Assembly: GCA_017472065.1 (NCBI GenBank)
Contig: JAFURB010000003.1
Location: forward strand, 16,524-80,523
DNA from: Alphaproteobacteria bacterium
GTDB lineage: Bacteria; Pseudomonadota; Alphaproteobacteria; Rs-D84
Direction: 5' to 3'
Length of the DNA: 64,000 nt
Part shown: in pieces, positions 47,257-59,400 of the stretch
How positions within the stretch are numbered: position 1 is the first letter of the stretch
How the letters are laid out: every line of letters starts with the position of its first letter
Made by a program: the position numbers and the translations under genes
The notes under the pieces: model-generated
What the model saw: only the letters and a program-made list of their open reading frames with translations
Database searches by the model: none
What the model was told of the DNA's origin: nothing

Positions 47257-48485
47257 AACTTTAATACACCGTCTGCAAATTCGATTGTTGCCGGTGTGCC
47301 GGTATTGGTTCGGCTGATTATATTATTGTTTGCATCGCGCACAATCGCATACCCACGTGCCAGAACATTTTTATAACTTAACGATTGTAACATCTGTCCC
47401 AGGTGGGAAATCGATTGGTTTAATGTGTTCATACGATTTTGCAGAATTGTTGGAAATCCTGCGATGATGTCCATGCGCTGATGCGCGATGGCGATTTTAT
47501 TGTCGATTAAAATATTCATCGTGCGCCCCATGTCATCCAGACGCTGGGCGTGTTCCATGACCAGTTGTCGTGGACTTTTTATGCTGACCGATTCTATGCG
47601 TGATTTTGCATTAACCAGTCGCGTTGTAAATGTATTAGACAGTCTGGTCCACATATTGTCTAATTCCTGGAACAGGGCCAGTTTTGTTGGCACAACCATT
47701 TCCGCCGCCCCTGTGGGGGTTGGTGCGCGTACATCGGCGGCAAAGTCTATTAACATCCAGTCTGGTTCATGTCCCACGCCGGAAATCAGTGGTATATGGC
47801 TGGCTGCGGCGGCACGTACAACGATTTCTTCGGAAAATGGCAACAGGTCTTCCAATGATCCACCACCACGCGCAACAATAATTACATCAACATTGTTTGC
47901 GCGATTAAAGTATTCAATGCCGGCGGCAACCTCGGCGGCGGCGGTTGTACCCTGGACCGTCGCAGGATATAAAATAACATGTACTGGGAATCGTTCACGC
48001 AACCTGTTTTGAATATCTTGAAATGCAGCACCGGTCGGACTGGTTACAACGCCGATGCGCTGCGGTAACTGGGGCAGGGGCTTTTTTCGTGCCTGGTCAA
48101 ATAATCCTTCGGCGGCTAATTTTTGCTTTCTTTCTTCCAGCATTTTAAGAATTGCACCCACACCAGCCATTTCGATTTCATTGATGATGATTTGATAATT
48201 ACTGCGTGCCGGGTATGTTGTAAATCGACCGGTGACAACGACCTCCATCCCTTCTTCCAGTTTGAACGCAATCGGTGTGCCACGCCAAATAATCGCAGAA
48301 ATAGCGGCCCCTGCATCCTTGACCGTCATATACATATGGCCCGACGAAGCGCGTGTAATTTGTGATAATTCGCCGCGTATTTTTATGCGCGGAAATGCGG
48401 TTTCAACCACCCCTTTCAGTAATGATGCCGCATCTGTTACACTGAATATTGTATCTGGTTTAACAAAAGGTTCTGGTTTCTGCAT
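47253..48485 (-). CDS. xseA: Exodeoxyribonuclease VII large subunit
   Basis: N-terminal OB-fold region ...IRGELSQITRASSGHMYMTVKD...; 410 aa. Confidence 0.85.
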   Translation of the reverse strand: MQKPEPFVKPDTIFSVTDAASLLKGVVETAFPRIKIRGELSQITRASSGHMYMTVKDAGAAISAIIWRGTPIAFKLEEGMEVVVTGRFTTYPARSNYQIIINEIEMAGVGAILKMLEERKQKLAAEGLFDQARKKPLPQLPQRIGVVTSPTGAAFQDIQNRLRERFPVHVILYPATVQGTTAAAEVAAGIEYFNRANNVDVIIVARGGGSLEDLLPFSEEIVVRAAAASHIPLISGVGHEPDWMLIDFAADVRAPTPTGAAEMVVPTKLALFQELDNMWTRLSNTFTTRLVNAKSRIESVSIKSPRQLVMEHAQRLDDMGRTMNILIDNKIAIAHQRMDIIAGFPTILQNRMNTLNQSISHLGQMLQSLSYKNVLARGYAIVRDANNNIISRTNTGTPATIEFADGVLKL

Positions 48486-48976
48486 TATTCAAGCCCCGCA
48501 TATTTTGCCAATGTTAATGCCTTTTCTTTTAGCATATCATAAAACATTTCATCTGTTTTCAGTTCGTTAACTGGTCGTCCCATTTTATAAATTTCTGGTA
48601 ATTGTTTTGAATCAAATTGCGTATGCGTTACATCAAATATTGTATGAGATTTTTTATGATACAACCACCAATGCATATTTGTTCCACGCAATTGCCATAC
48701 TGCATCACCGCCTGTCATTGAATAAATCAGATAACTGGATATCATACAGAATCCATCCGACGGATCAATGTCACCACGCATTTCTTCGCCCAGTACGCGA
48801 TGATGTGTTAACCGTTTCTTAAAAGATTCACGCAACAGGTAAACAATTTCTGGTAATGTAAAGTTTTCGCTGTACGCATCTTCAAAATTTATTGCACTTA
48901 AAACCAACTTGTTTGATTCTTGGTTATATTGTGCCAGTTTGTTCTTTGCGTTATAAAATTGATCTGTACCTTTCAT
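48485..48976 (-). CDS. Hypothetical protein (163 aa), translationally coupled to xseA
   Basis: ORF ends where xseA starts (ATGA-type overlap). No motif assigned. Confidence 0.45.
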   Translation of the reverse strand: MKGTDQFYNAKNKLAQYNQESNKLVLSAINFEDAYSENFTLPEIVYLLRESFKKRLTHHRVLGEEMRGDIDPSDGFCMISSYLIYSMTGGDAVWQLRGTNMHWWLYHKKSHTIFDVTHTQFDSKQLPEIYKMGRPVNELKTDEMFYDMLKEKALTLAKYAGLE

Positions 48977-49013
48977 GGATAAGATTATATCACAGACGCA
49001 CGAAAATTCAATT

Positions 49014-50138
49014 TTATAATTCTGTCAGTGGCCACCGTGGCCGTGGTGCAATTGGTTCGGTAACGATTCGACCAGCTTTATAATTTTCAATTCCCGCCCA
49101 TGCAATCATTGCACCATTATCTGTACACAGATTCATTGGTGGTGCGGCAAATGTCATATTAAATTTCTTGGACATTTTTTCCATACTTGCACGAATTGCA
49201 CTGTTTTTTGCAACACCCCCCGCAACAACCAGTGTTTTTGGTGCTGCATCCCGAACGCGTTCATCGGACATCGCGTTTTCTAATCGGTTTGTAATGCAAT
49301 CAACAACCGCCGCCTGGAAAGATGCACAGAAATCATTTATAAAATTATCATCATGTGGCCCTGGATTTTTATCCAAAAATGTGCGCGCGGCTGTCTTGAT
49401 GCCACTGAACGAAAAATCGCACCCTGGTTTGTCGCACAGCGGTCGTGGAAACTTGAACGCATGTGGATTGCCGGATTGGGCGCGCGAATCTACAATCGGT
49501 CCCCCCGGGTACCCCAGTCCTAGCATCTTGGCCACTTTGTCATATGCTTCACCGGCACTGTCATCCAGTGTCTGGCCGATTAATTCATATTGTCCAACAC
49601 CCCGCACCAACAAAATCTGGCAATGTCCCCCCGATGCCAACATCAACAGGTACGGAAATTCGACCATCATATTACCACTGGCACCATCGGCTGTGGTCGC
49701 ATGCAAGCGTGGTACCAACGCATGCCCTTCCAGGTGATTAACTGCAACCAATGGTTTGTTTGTTGATTGTGCGATACCCGTTGCGGCCATCCACCCAACC
49801 AAAACCCCACCAATCAGTCCTGGCCCCGCCGTCGCAGCAATTATATCGATATCATCAATTGTTTTGCCGGCCCGTGCCAGCGTGGTTTTAATAACATCAT
49901 CAATTGCCAGAATATGCGCCCGTGCGGCCAGTTCTGGCACAACCCCACCGTATTTTTGGTGTTCTGGGATTTGCGAATAAATTATATGTGATAAAATATT
50001 GCGATTTGAATCAACAATCGCCGCCGATGTTTCGTCGCACGACGATTCAATCCCCAAACACAGCAATGGCCGTGTATCAGATTTCGAATCACCGACCAAA
50101 GTCCCCATATCCATATGAATAATTTTTTCATCTGTCAT
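49014..50138 (-). CDS. tsaD: tRNA N6-adenosine threonylcarbamoyltransferase TsaD (Kae1/Gcp)
   Basis: LGIESSCDETSAAIV ... VAVNHLEGHAL ... GGVAKN motifs. The start may be 8-10 codons downstream of the track's first Met. Confidence 0.9.
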   Translation of the reverse strand: MTDEKIIHMDMGTLVGDSKSDTRPLLCLGIESSCDETSAAIVDSNRNILSHIIYSQIPEHQKYGGVVPELAARAHILAIDDVIKTTLARAGKTIDDIDIIAATAGPGLIGGVLVGWMAATGIAQSTNKPLVAVNHLEGHALVPRLHATTADGASGNMMVEFPYLLMLASGGHCQILLVRGVGQYELIGQTLDDSAGEAYDKVAKMLGLGYPGGPIVDSRAQSGNPHAFKFPRPLCDKPGCDFSFSGIKTAARTFLDKNPGPHDDNFINDFCASFQAAVVDCITNRLENAMSDERVRDAAPKTLVVAGGVAKNSAIRASMEKMSKKFNMTFAAPPMNLCTDNGAMIAWAGIENYKAGRIVTEPIAPRPRWPLTEL

Positions 50139-50139
50139 T

Positions 50140-50826
50140 TTATTTAATCTCTATAAATGCAACACCTTGTTCACCCATTTGACGACGTCTGTCAGAATAT
50201 TTCTTAAAGTCTGCATCAACAACATGTCCCGCCGCCGATGATGCATGCCGCAAAACGGTCCCCCCCGGCAATAACAATCCCATATGTGTCACGGCCAGTT
50301 CCGTTCCAATCGTATCAAGGCTTTTTGAATTTGCGCTGATAAACAAAACAATCATAACGCGTTCGTTGTCTATATCCCCAAGATTTTTATATGGAACATA
50401 TTCAATAGATGTTTTAACAGGGGCAATATCGGCATCAATTCCATGAACTTTTTTCATCCATGTGGCTTTGTCGATTGTCAAATGTCGTGTTACTGTTTTA
50501 CCAAATTGCGAACTAACATTTTCAACACGATTTTTATTGTTGGCCAGCCAGTCAGATTCAATAAAATGATTTCTGTTCATGAAATCGATTTTGCCGTCTT
50601 TGTATCGAATTTGGTTCAGGTTACTAACATCGCCCCCCGCCATAACGGTTTCAACAAATGTCGTGCAATCAAATGCATCCGTCCGGATAAGTGGGTCGTT
50701 ATCTGGTGCCTTTTCTTCGCCCAGTGGGTCACGCATATATTTTGCACCCATATAATTGTCGCCCATTGGCACGCCTGGCGCAATGGCACAACCTGTCATC
50801 AATAACAATATTGCAATCCATTTCAT
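50140..50826 (-). CDS. Lipoprotein, possibly DUF1460-like
   Basis: Lipobox MKWIAILLLMTGCAI. DAFDCTTFVETVMA resembles the DUF1460 cysteine motif. Confidence 0.45.
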   Translation of the reverse strand: MKWIAILLLMTGCAIAPGVPMGDNYMGAKYMRDPLGEEKAPDNDPLIRTDAFDCTTFVETVMAGGDVSNLNQIRYKDGKIDFMNRNHFIESDWLANNKNRVENVSSQFGKTVTRHLTIDKATWMKKVHGIDADIAPVKTSIEYVPYKNLGDIDNERVMIVLFISANSKSLDTIGTELAVTHMGLLLPGGTVLRHASSAAGHVVDADFKKYSDRRRQMGEQGVAFIEIK

Positions 50827-50832
50827 GATTTT

Positions 50833-51138
50833 TTACAGATTTTCTTTTAATTGCATCCCCAGATTGCACAAACGCGCAGCATCTGCGATTGTCATTTCCC
50901 CTGCATCTGGCAGACTTGCCATCTTATCAACGCATGCAACCAATATATCAATGTTTTTGTCGCCCCCAACCAATGTTTGAACGGTCGATATGCGTTCGTC
51001 ATTATTTGCAGACAGCCAACTTTTTAATGTCCCCGTACTTAGATCTTTGGAACGCAATGACATCGTGAACACAAACAACGCCAATACTAAAACCCCTGCG
51101 CCAATCAGAATTTTGAAATATTTTTTTATAAAATTCAT
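50833..51138 (-). CDS. Small membrane-anchored protein (101 aa)
   Basis: N-terminal transmembrane segment ILIGAGVLVLALFVFTM. Confidence 0.4.
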   Translation of the reverse strand: MNFIKKYFKILIGAGVLVLALFVFTMSLRSKDLSTGTLKSWLSANNDERISTVQTLVGGDKNIDILVACVDKMASLPDAGEMTIADAARLCNLGMQLKENL

Positions 51139-51527
51139 CTTATATTCTCCTCTTTATTCATTTGGTTCATCAGATGTGAATATTGTGGCAAAATGCGTCT
51201 TGCGTTTTTCAATAATTCACCTTCTGACATTTTGTTTGGTGCGTGGTAATACACCGGACCATCGACAATAATTTTTGTTGGTTGATTTGTCCACATTAAA
51301 CCATCACCAAATTTTTGGCAATCGATATTCTGGGCACTTACACGATAAATTGTTGTCCACACTGTACCGTGCGTTAATGGTTCTTTGTGCGACATTGCCA
51401 TTAATTCTTTGGCCTTTTCCAGACTCATGCATACATAAACATTTGTATTATACGGCCACCACTTTTCCCCAGACCTGTGGGCGCCACCACCACTTAGCAT
51501 ATAGCCCGTCATTTCGTTGATAATCAT
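51135..51527 (-). CDS. Hypothetical protein (130 aa)
   Basis: ORF with 4-bp overlap to the downstream gene. No motif. Confidence 0.4.
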   Translation of the reverse strand: MIINEMTGYMLSGGGAHRSGEKWWPYNTNVYVCMSLEKAKELMAMSHKEPLTHGTVWTTIYRVSAQNIDCQKFGDGLMWTNQPTKIIVDGPVYYHAPNKMSEGELLKNARRILPQYSHLMNQMNKEENIR

Positions 51528-51532
51528 AATTA

Positions 51533-51898
51533 TTATTCCTTGTTTTTGCAGTCAACCAACCATACATCATAATCTGCATTTTGCAGTGGTCGAACGCCCG
51601 GTTCATTGCGCGACATCCAGTTGCTAAACACCATACCATCTGTTGCGGTTGATATTTCCAAGAACGCAAAGTAATCTTCTGCATCAAATGGATCCGATTG
51701 CTTGCATGCGCGCACGGTAATATTAATTTTTTCAAATTGTGCAGAATTCCCAACAGGGATATTTATGTTATAAACCTTGCCGGCGGCTTTGTTCATAACA
51801 CGAACGGCGGCAATTTCGCGGTCAATATATGCGTTCGCCACCACGGGCAGGGCGCAAAAAAACATAAAAAGTGCAACTAATTTTTTCATACCACGCAT
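51533..51898 (-). CDS. Secreted hypothetical protein (start at MRGMKKLV)
   Basis: Signal peptide MKKLVALFMFFCALPVVANA. The track ORF starts 45 codons earlier, in non-coding-looking sequence. Confidence 0.45.
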   Translation of the reverse strand: MRGMKKLVALFMFFCALPVVANAYIDREIAAVRVMNKAAGKVYNINIPVGNSAQFEKINITVRACKQSDPFDAEDYFAFLEISTATDGMVFSNWMSRNEPGVRPLQNADYDVWLVDCKNKE

Positions 51899-51977
51899 AT
51901 TACCTTGTATGTCAAAAAATGTCAATTCATATTCAAATACATGTTGACAAACACGAATTGTGTGCAATAATTTAACT

Positions 51978-52916
51978 ATGATAAAGATAAAAAACGATGA
52001 TCGTTTGGCTTTTTTACGCACTAATAACCCCAAGATGGCTGAAAAAGACTATCTTGAGTGTTTGATATTGGATAAACTGTTTCAGAACGATTATATATTC
52101 AATAACTTTGTATTCGCGGGCGGCGGCTCACTAACTAAAACATATAGCCTAAGCCAGCGCATCGGCCAGGATATCGATCTTGCCTGTGCGAATTTTGCTG
52201 ACATCCCTGATACGCGTTCAAAAAAGAAATTAAGTAATTTTAGAAAGTCTTTCAAAAAATTTGTCTTTGATACGGTAAAACCGGTTGTAAACAGTGCAAT
52301 TAATCAAGATTCGCGTTTCATGATAATTACCGATCGCGATTGGAACGCACTGGAAAACAAAGAACACTTTATGTCATCACCAACATTACATGTTCTGTAT
52401 AAATCAGAATTGGGGCCTGATATGGGGCATTTATGTATTGAAATAATTCCACGCAAATATGACAGTGATACAATTACATATCGTTCAGTACAACCGTATT
52501 CAATTAACAAAGAAATAGGAAATATACCGACCGTATCATATGAACAAACCTTCTGGGACAAGATTTATGCGCTGCACTCAAACGCAGTCGCGCGTATCCC
52601 ACATTTTGACGACGGTTTTTCGCGTCACTATTATGATGTTGCAACATTGGCGCCGTTTGTTGATTTGGAAAACACATATCATTTGTTGGACCGGATTGCG
52701 GCGCACCAACAAAAATATACCACCAAGGATATTGATGCAATCACATCACCGTCTGATATTGTCTTGTTGCCTGACGACCGAACACTGGGACGATTAAGTG
52801 CGGATTACCAATCACTGGATACGGCCTTTAATGCGCCGCGCGAATCATGGGAACAGATTGTTCAAATGCTGCGTGAACTTAATCAAAAATTAAATAAATG
52901 CCAAGGGGGGCACTAA
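51978..52916 (+). CDS. AbiEii/AbiGii-type nucleotidyltransferase (DUF1814-like)
   Basis: NFVFAGGGSLTKTYSLSQRIGQDIDLAC matches the GGTAL...R.SEDLD signature of AbiEii-family toxins. No AbiEi-like antitoxin gene is upstream. Confidence 0.55.
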   Translation: MIKIKNDDRLAFLRTNNPKMAEKDYLECLILDKLFQNDYIFNNFVFAGGGSLTKTYSLSQRIGQDIDLACANFADIPDTRSKKKLSNFRKSFKKFVFDTVKPVVNSAINQDSRFMIITDRDWNALENKEHFMSSPTLHVLYKSELGPDMGHLCIEIIPRKYDSDTITYRSVQPYSINKEIGNIPTVSYEQTFWDKIYALHSNAVARIPHFDDGFSRHYYDVATLAPFVDLENTYHLLDRIAAHQQKYTTKDIDAITSPSDIVLLPDDRTLGRLSADYQSLDTAFNAPRESWEQIVQMLRELNQKLNKCQGGH

Positions 52917-52918
52917 AC

Positions 52919-53443
52919 ATGGCTACATATGTTTTTTCAGACCCACATTTTGATTCAGAAAAAATTATCGCAAATGGCGAACGTCCGTTTCGTGATGTTG
53001 CACATATGAATCACACACTAATAGAAAATTATAATTCTGTTGTACAAAAACAAGATGTTTGTTATTGGCTGGGCGATGTAATGTATGGCGCATCCAAGGA
53101 CAAGGTTTCTAAAATCCTGCGTCAATTGCATGGTCGAAAATATTTGATTATGGGAAACCATGATCGTGGTCATTCTGAAACATGGTGGCGTGACGCCGGG
53201 TTTGATAAAGTATTTACCAACCCCGTTTATATTGCCGAACAATACATAATGTTGTCGCATGAACCACTGGAAGAATTCGGGGATTTATCACCAATTGCAA
53301 ATATTCATGGACATATTCATATCCAAGATTATGATTTTCCCAACCATGCCCAGTGCATAAATGTATGTGTTGAAAAGACTGATTACAAACCTGTATTGAT
53401 GTTCAATCCGTTTTTGACCCATATGCGTGAATTTAGCAAATAA
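52919..53443 (+). CDS. Calcineurin-like metallophosphoesterase (175 aa)
   Basis: Motifs SDPHFD, LGDVMYG and GNHDRGH (D-x-H, GD, GNH[DE]). Confidence 0.7.
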   Translation: MATYVFSDPHFDSEKIIANGERPFRDVAHMNHTLIENYNSVVQKQDVCYWLGDVMYGASKDKVSKILRQLHGRKYLIMGNHDRGHSETWWRDAGFDKVFTNPVYIAEQYIMLSHEPLEEFGDLSPIANIHGHIHIQDYDFPNHAQCINVCVEKTDYKPVLMFNPFLTHMREFSK

Positions 53444-53475
53444 AAAAACACCCGCCCAATGGGCGGGATTATTTT
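53444..53475. terminator. Bidirectional terminator
   Basis: A7-CACCCGCCC-AAT-GGGCGGG followed by ATTATTTT. Confidence 0.6.
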
Positions 53476-56400
53476 ACCACGGGATGTAACCTTCGTTACA
53501 TTTGCGTTCACATTTTTTGGTATTTGGGTTCCATTTCATTGTACCCGTGCCTTCTGGGTCCGTGTATTCTTTTATCGGACAAATTGGAACGCACTCGTTA
53601 TTTTCCAGGTTATACAGTTCACCTTGGTACAAGCATGCTGCAATTTCACAGCCACGCACATAACTGCTTACTGCGACTTCGCCCAGTATGCTGTATGCAT
53701 TTCTGCAACGGCCACATTGCTTGCCTGGTTCGTCTGTTTCATATTTGTCGTTTGTATAACCTGCATCACATGATGTTGCAATACAATCGCCCCATGTGCC
53801 GCGTCTAGAATCCCACTCTTGTACCCCAGAACCGTGTTCTACCTTACATTCTTGCACATCTGGTACACATGCATTTGATGCAATATGATATCCATCTGCA
53901 CATTCTGTAATCACACAGATTCCATAGGCACCAATTTTCGTATCCCATGTACGCGTTGCAGCAATTGCGTTTGGTGCGCTGCATGTCTGAACATTATCGG
54001 CACACTGATCCCCGTCTGGATGGTATCCTGTGTGACACTTTGCCACCAGACAGTTTCCATTTGGTTTATACGCGGTTGCATTTTCACGATCGCATTCCTG
54101 GCAACGACCATTAATCAGTTCATATTCCGGCTTACAAGATGTTTCTACGCATGTTTCTACACCGTTCACTGTTCTGATTTCGCATGGATTGCCTGTATCA
54201 GACACGCCCTTGTACGTACATACATTGTCATAATATGCCTTGTCACTGTCACGGATTGCCATACCATATTCGATTTCATAATCTTCACATGTTATATAGC
54301 ACTGTTCAATTTTCGTCGAACCTGGTTCTGCAAACGGATGTGTTCCATTTGTCAAATCTTTACAAGACTTTGGTCCGTTGTCTGGTTTGCCATCGCCATC
54401 CAAATCTTCACCGGAACCTGGTTCACATATCATGCCTTCTGGACATAATATACACTCGGTTGCATCCGAACTCAGGTAATATTGCGGTTTACATGATGCA
54501 ATTTCACATGTGTCTGCGATATTTTCGCCGGCATAGTCACGCCCAGACATCGCTTCAACATTACCCGACGCATCACATGCCCCCCAACATTGATCTGTGC
54601 TGGTCGCGCCTTTATCAGAATTTGGATAACGGCCATTAAACAGATCTGCACAAACCTTTGGCTGGGAATCTGGTATGCCGTCACCGTCTGTGTCTTTTCC
54701 TGTGTTTTCATCGCAAATGCTGCCTTCTGGACATAGGATACACTGGTTGTTGCTCAGATAATATCCATTTGCACATGAATCAACTGCACATGTTGTACAA
54801 TCCGCAGTATAATTTTCAGCACTTGTGTCATATCCACAAACCTTTGTACCGGTTCCGCTGCCTGCTTCACATGGAATGTCACTCATAAAGCATGCAGATG
54901 CATCTGCGCTGGTTGGACCCTCGGTCTGACCACGCTGACCATTATATGTCGCGCATTCTTGACGTGCGGTCAGATAGCCTTCATTTCCTGCATCTGCAAC
55001 CGGCCCAAAGAATCCATAATCAACCGGAACACAGTCTGCATCGCCATATGCCGCCCAGTAATAGCCCGCGCTACAATTTTGGAACATTCTGTCACCACAA
55101 ACTGTATAATCGCCTGTTTCTGGTGTGTATCGGCAATAACGCACACCACTACCATGTTCTGATGTGAACGGATTTTCAGATTTATAACACATCGTTGATG
55201 TCGCAGATGTTTCGCTGTCTGTGTCACCGCCGTCTGGACATGGTGTTTTATTCAGACTGCCTTCTTCACTGTATGCATCATATCCGACCTTTACGCAATC
55301 GATTGCGTCGGCATTTTCGCGATAGTAACCACCTTGACATGCTGTGATATACTTGTCACGGCAATTTGTTGCATACTTTGCACTGCCATCATCGTTTTGT
55401 GATGTATAGTTACATACCTGGGTACCTGTACCATATGTCGCAACATAATCAACGGTCTTATAACATTGGCCAACTTCGGCGGCGGTTGTCAATGAACCTG
55501 TTGTCCCATTTTCTGGACAAACTTCACGTGTCCGGCTACCTTCACCGCTATAGTGGTCTTCGCCGACCTCGGTGCAATCTGTGCCAGAAACATAATAGTA
55601 TCCCGCCACACATGACTTTACAGATATATCACGACATGGATAGTTGTACTTTTTATCTGTGTCATTGTAATTACATGTCTGGGTCCCCGATGCTTTACCT
55701 GTTTCTGATGTATAATCTAAGCCTTGCTTATAGCACACACCCACATTTGTTGCGCTTTCGCCACCTGCGGATATACCATCGTCTGGGCATACTTCATGTC
55801 CTGCCAGACCTGCATCGGTTGGGAAACTGCCACCTGGACAATAATGGTTTGCTTCACATACCACGCATGAACCGCCTGTACCTGGATAGTAATATCCTGC
55901 TTCGCAATCTGTGTTGCCTTGGGCCCATACAACATTGGCTGATGTGTCTTTTGTTGTAACTGTCAACACAGCCGCTGTTGTCTGCAATGTACCTGATGCA
56001 TCGACAATTGTCACATCGCCAATTTTATAACCTGCAAAATTATATCCCGGTTTGCTTGGCAGATTGGCTGTTTCGATTGATGTAATCGGTGTTTTTGCCG
56101 CTTCATCACTGTACCAACCAATTGTATATTTCAGGTATACAGGGTCCTGTGTCGCGTTCGATGTTGCATCACTGGCAACCAATGTAATTTTGAATACATC
56201 TGCATCCCATGCCGCAAACAGTTTTGTATTTTCCCCTGTTGCAGAAATATTTTTATCTGTCGATGCACCCGCGGTATAGCATGTGCCGGTACCATCTGCA
56301 TTTGTACACCATTTGCCTGCTGGTACATATCCTGCACGTGTCAATGCACTTGTTGCAGGCAAATCACATTTGCCGCTGTTAAATTCACATGTAACAGAAT

Positions 56401-59400
56401 CCACAACATTACCTGTGCCTTGGTTCTTGTCCAAAACAATTGTGTATTTATTTGCAATACATTTTGGATCTGTACCGTTTTGTGGGGTGTATCCCGGATT
56501 ACATGTAATTGTATACGAACATGCCGGATAATCGCCACCTGTGGTGCTGAACATGCGTTCTTCGTCCGCGGTAACAGTTTTGCTGTTTGTGATATCACTG
56601 GTTGTCAATGCACATGCATTGTAACAGTTTGTCATCGCTGCACGTGGTTGAACCGAACCGATTCCATCATCTGCGCCTGTTTCACCCGGACACGCATGTG
56701 ATTTCATCGTTTCTGGATATTCCGCACCATCCGCTTTTTCTGGGGCAGGGCTGTAATATCCATCCGGAACCGGTGTACATGCAATCGCACCATTACCGGT
56801 ATAGTAATACCCTGCATCACAACTTAACGCAATCGCTTTACAGTCTGTGTAATATACTGCGCTGTCGCCTGTACCACTGGTGTACGCACAATCCCACAAT
56901 GCGGTACCATATTCGAACTTGATATCACCATTAACCGTTATCTTGCGACACTGGGTAATGGCTGTTTCACCTGATTCGATTGTCGCGCCACCCGCCGGAC
57001 ATGTTTCAATACAGCCTGTGGAACCTTCGTTGATTTTACCTGTGCCTGGGCAGTATTGACCCAATTTACATTCGGTTCTTGTTCCGTTGTTGAAATAATA
57101 TCCTGCTTCGCACTCGACCATGTTTTGATCCCAGATTGCATACAGTGTAATTTCCCCGCCGTCAGATACCAGGTTGGTGATATTACCACCCGCAACAATG
57201 GATTGGCCACTTCCGTCTGCCTGGGTGTTCCATACGCTAAATGTTTTGTAATCCATGATGATGGCATCTGCAGCATTACATTGCATGTCATATGTACATG
57301 TAACATCTGGAACGGATACACCTGCGGCATCTGTTGGGTCAAAGTGAACTGTAAATGTTGTCTCTGTCCAATTTGCCGTAACAGTGACATTGCCTGTAGT
57401 GCCTTCGGCTATTTTGTCCCCAGACACTTTATCACCGGTCCAACCCTCAAATATGTATCCTATCTTGCTTGGGTTTTCCAGTGTCAATGGTGTGTCTTCG
57501 ATTGTGTATGTCGCCGGATTAGAAGCGCTGTTCGTACCACCGTTCAGGTTATACGCAATGTCATACACCTTAACCGACCATTGGGCATACAGGGTTGAAT
57601 CCGCTGTAAATGTTGTGTTCACAGGCAACTTACCATCTGTGCCGATAATCGGATGGCCACCAGACTGTGCATCAAAGTAACCCTTGAATGTATACCCAGT
57701 ACGTGTTGGTATTGTCACTGTGCTGATTGCGCCAGATGCATCTTTGTCACCATACCAACCAACAGTATATTTCTGATACGCCGCACCATCGCCTCCATTA
57801 CCATCATTGTCGTCCAATGTGACTTTATATGTACCTGGTGTACATGTCGCAACATCAGATGCAGTCATTGGTGCGCCATATAAGGTTTTCTTGTAACCAT
57901 ATTCAATAGCATCTGTTGTATTTTCAACATATCCTGGATCACAAACAAATGTAAATGAACAGAATGCTGTCGGTGTACACACTGTTTGTGGATACCATTT
58001 ATATCCCAATGTCGGGGCATTGTCCGTCGCTTCTGTACATGTCGCGTGTTCTGGGCAATGATTAATAGTGTCTTGCATAACTTGACCATTATCATCCAAT
58101 ACATAGTCTGCTGCATGATTGCATGTTGGCGCGCAACTAGCAAAGCAGGCATATGGACCATTAGCCAATGTTCCAACCTGAGAACGATTGTAAGTTCCAT
58201 CCAACAAAGATGAACACAGTTCGCAAGTACCTGTATCTTCCTTCATATAGTATTTAACCGCACACATAGTAGTTGTATTGGCTAAATCTACAGGACAAGA
58301 ATTATTGGCTACAGTACATTCATTAGAACCATAATATTGAATACCTGTAAACACTTCATTAGTGTCATAGACACACTTAGAAAAATTCTCTGGACAACTG
58401 TCTGGTTCGACGCAGGCTGTTTCGCATGGTTTATAACACCCAGAAGCATCTGTTGTTCCTACATCCGAATTTGGATATTCCCCGCCTGTCAGGTCTGAAC
58501 AGCTAACTGCTTCTTTACCTTCTTCGCATACCATATCTTTTGGGCATGCGCCATCACATTGTGATGAACTGCTGGCGGTTGTTAAGCCATTGGTTGTTGA
58601 ACCCGCTGGACACGCAGAAATCTTTGTTGAGCATCCTGGATTTTCCGCCAATGGAATTTCGGCACTGCCCGAACATGTTTCCTGATCCGGACTATAGTTG
58701 TTTACACCAACTTCGACACAATATGGCGTTGCACCAGTCCCGGCATAAGAACCGTCATCATAGTAACCGCCATCACATGTCACAACAACACCCAGTTGGC
58801 AGTTGTCTTTATACCCAGACACATCTGTCAAATCGGATGGTACATCTGAACCGTGTGTACATCTTGCGCGCATATAGCCATGAGTGATTTTAACAGCGGT
58901 ATTTCCACGCTTACATGCGGTAATGTCGGCTGATTTGTCTGAATCAGTTGTAACTTGCTTGTCTGTGCCAAAACCTGGACACATGCTACGGCTCAACGAG
59001 TCTGTAGGACTGCTGTAATAACCCTTTCCAACAACTGAACAGTCTGTATCCGTAGTTTTTGCCCGATAGTATCCAGGAATACATGTGAATACAGTTTTGT
59101 TTACACATTTGTCACCATATGTACCAGAGTTATAATAGCATGTCTGTGATCCCGTTGCAGTTGTCGTAGAATATGCGACATTTGTTGCAAAACATGCCAC
59201 TGCGCTGGTTGACTTCGTCGCTGAATCGATACGAACGGTCAATTTTGCCCCCGATGCATCGGTTGCGGCGGTATATGTGCCGTTCAGATCCGCGCATTCC
59301 GCACGTCCCTTTTCGGGACCGATTTCTTGGACGGTTGTAACCCCTTCACAATAACTGCCGGCCGGACAGTCTGTACATGTTGTGCCTGTCCCCTTATAGT

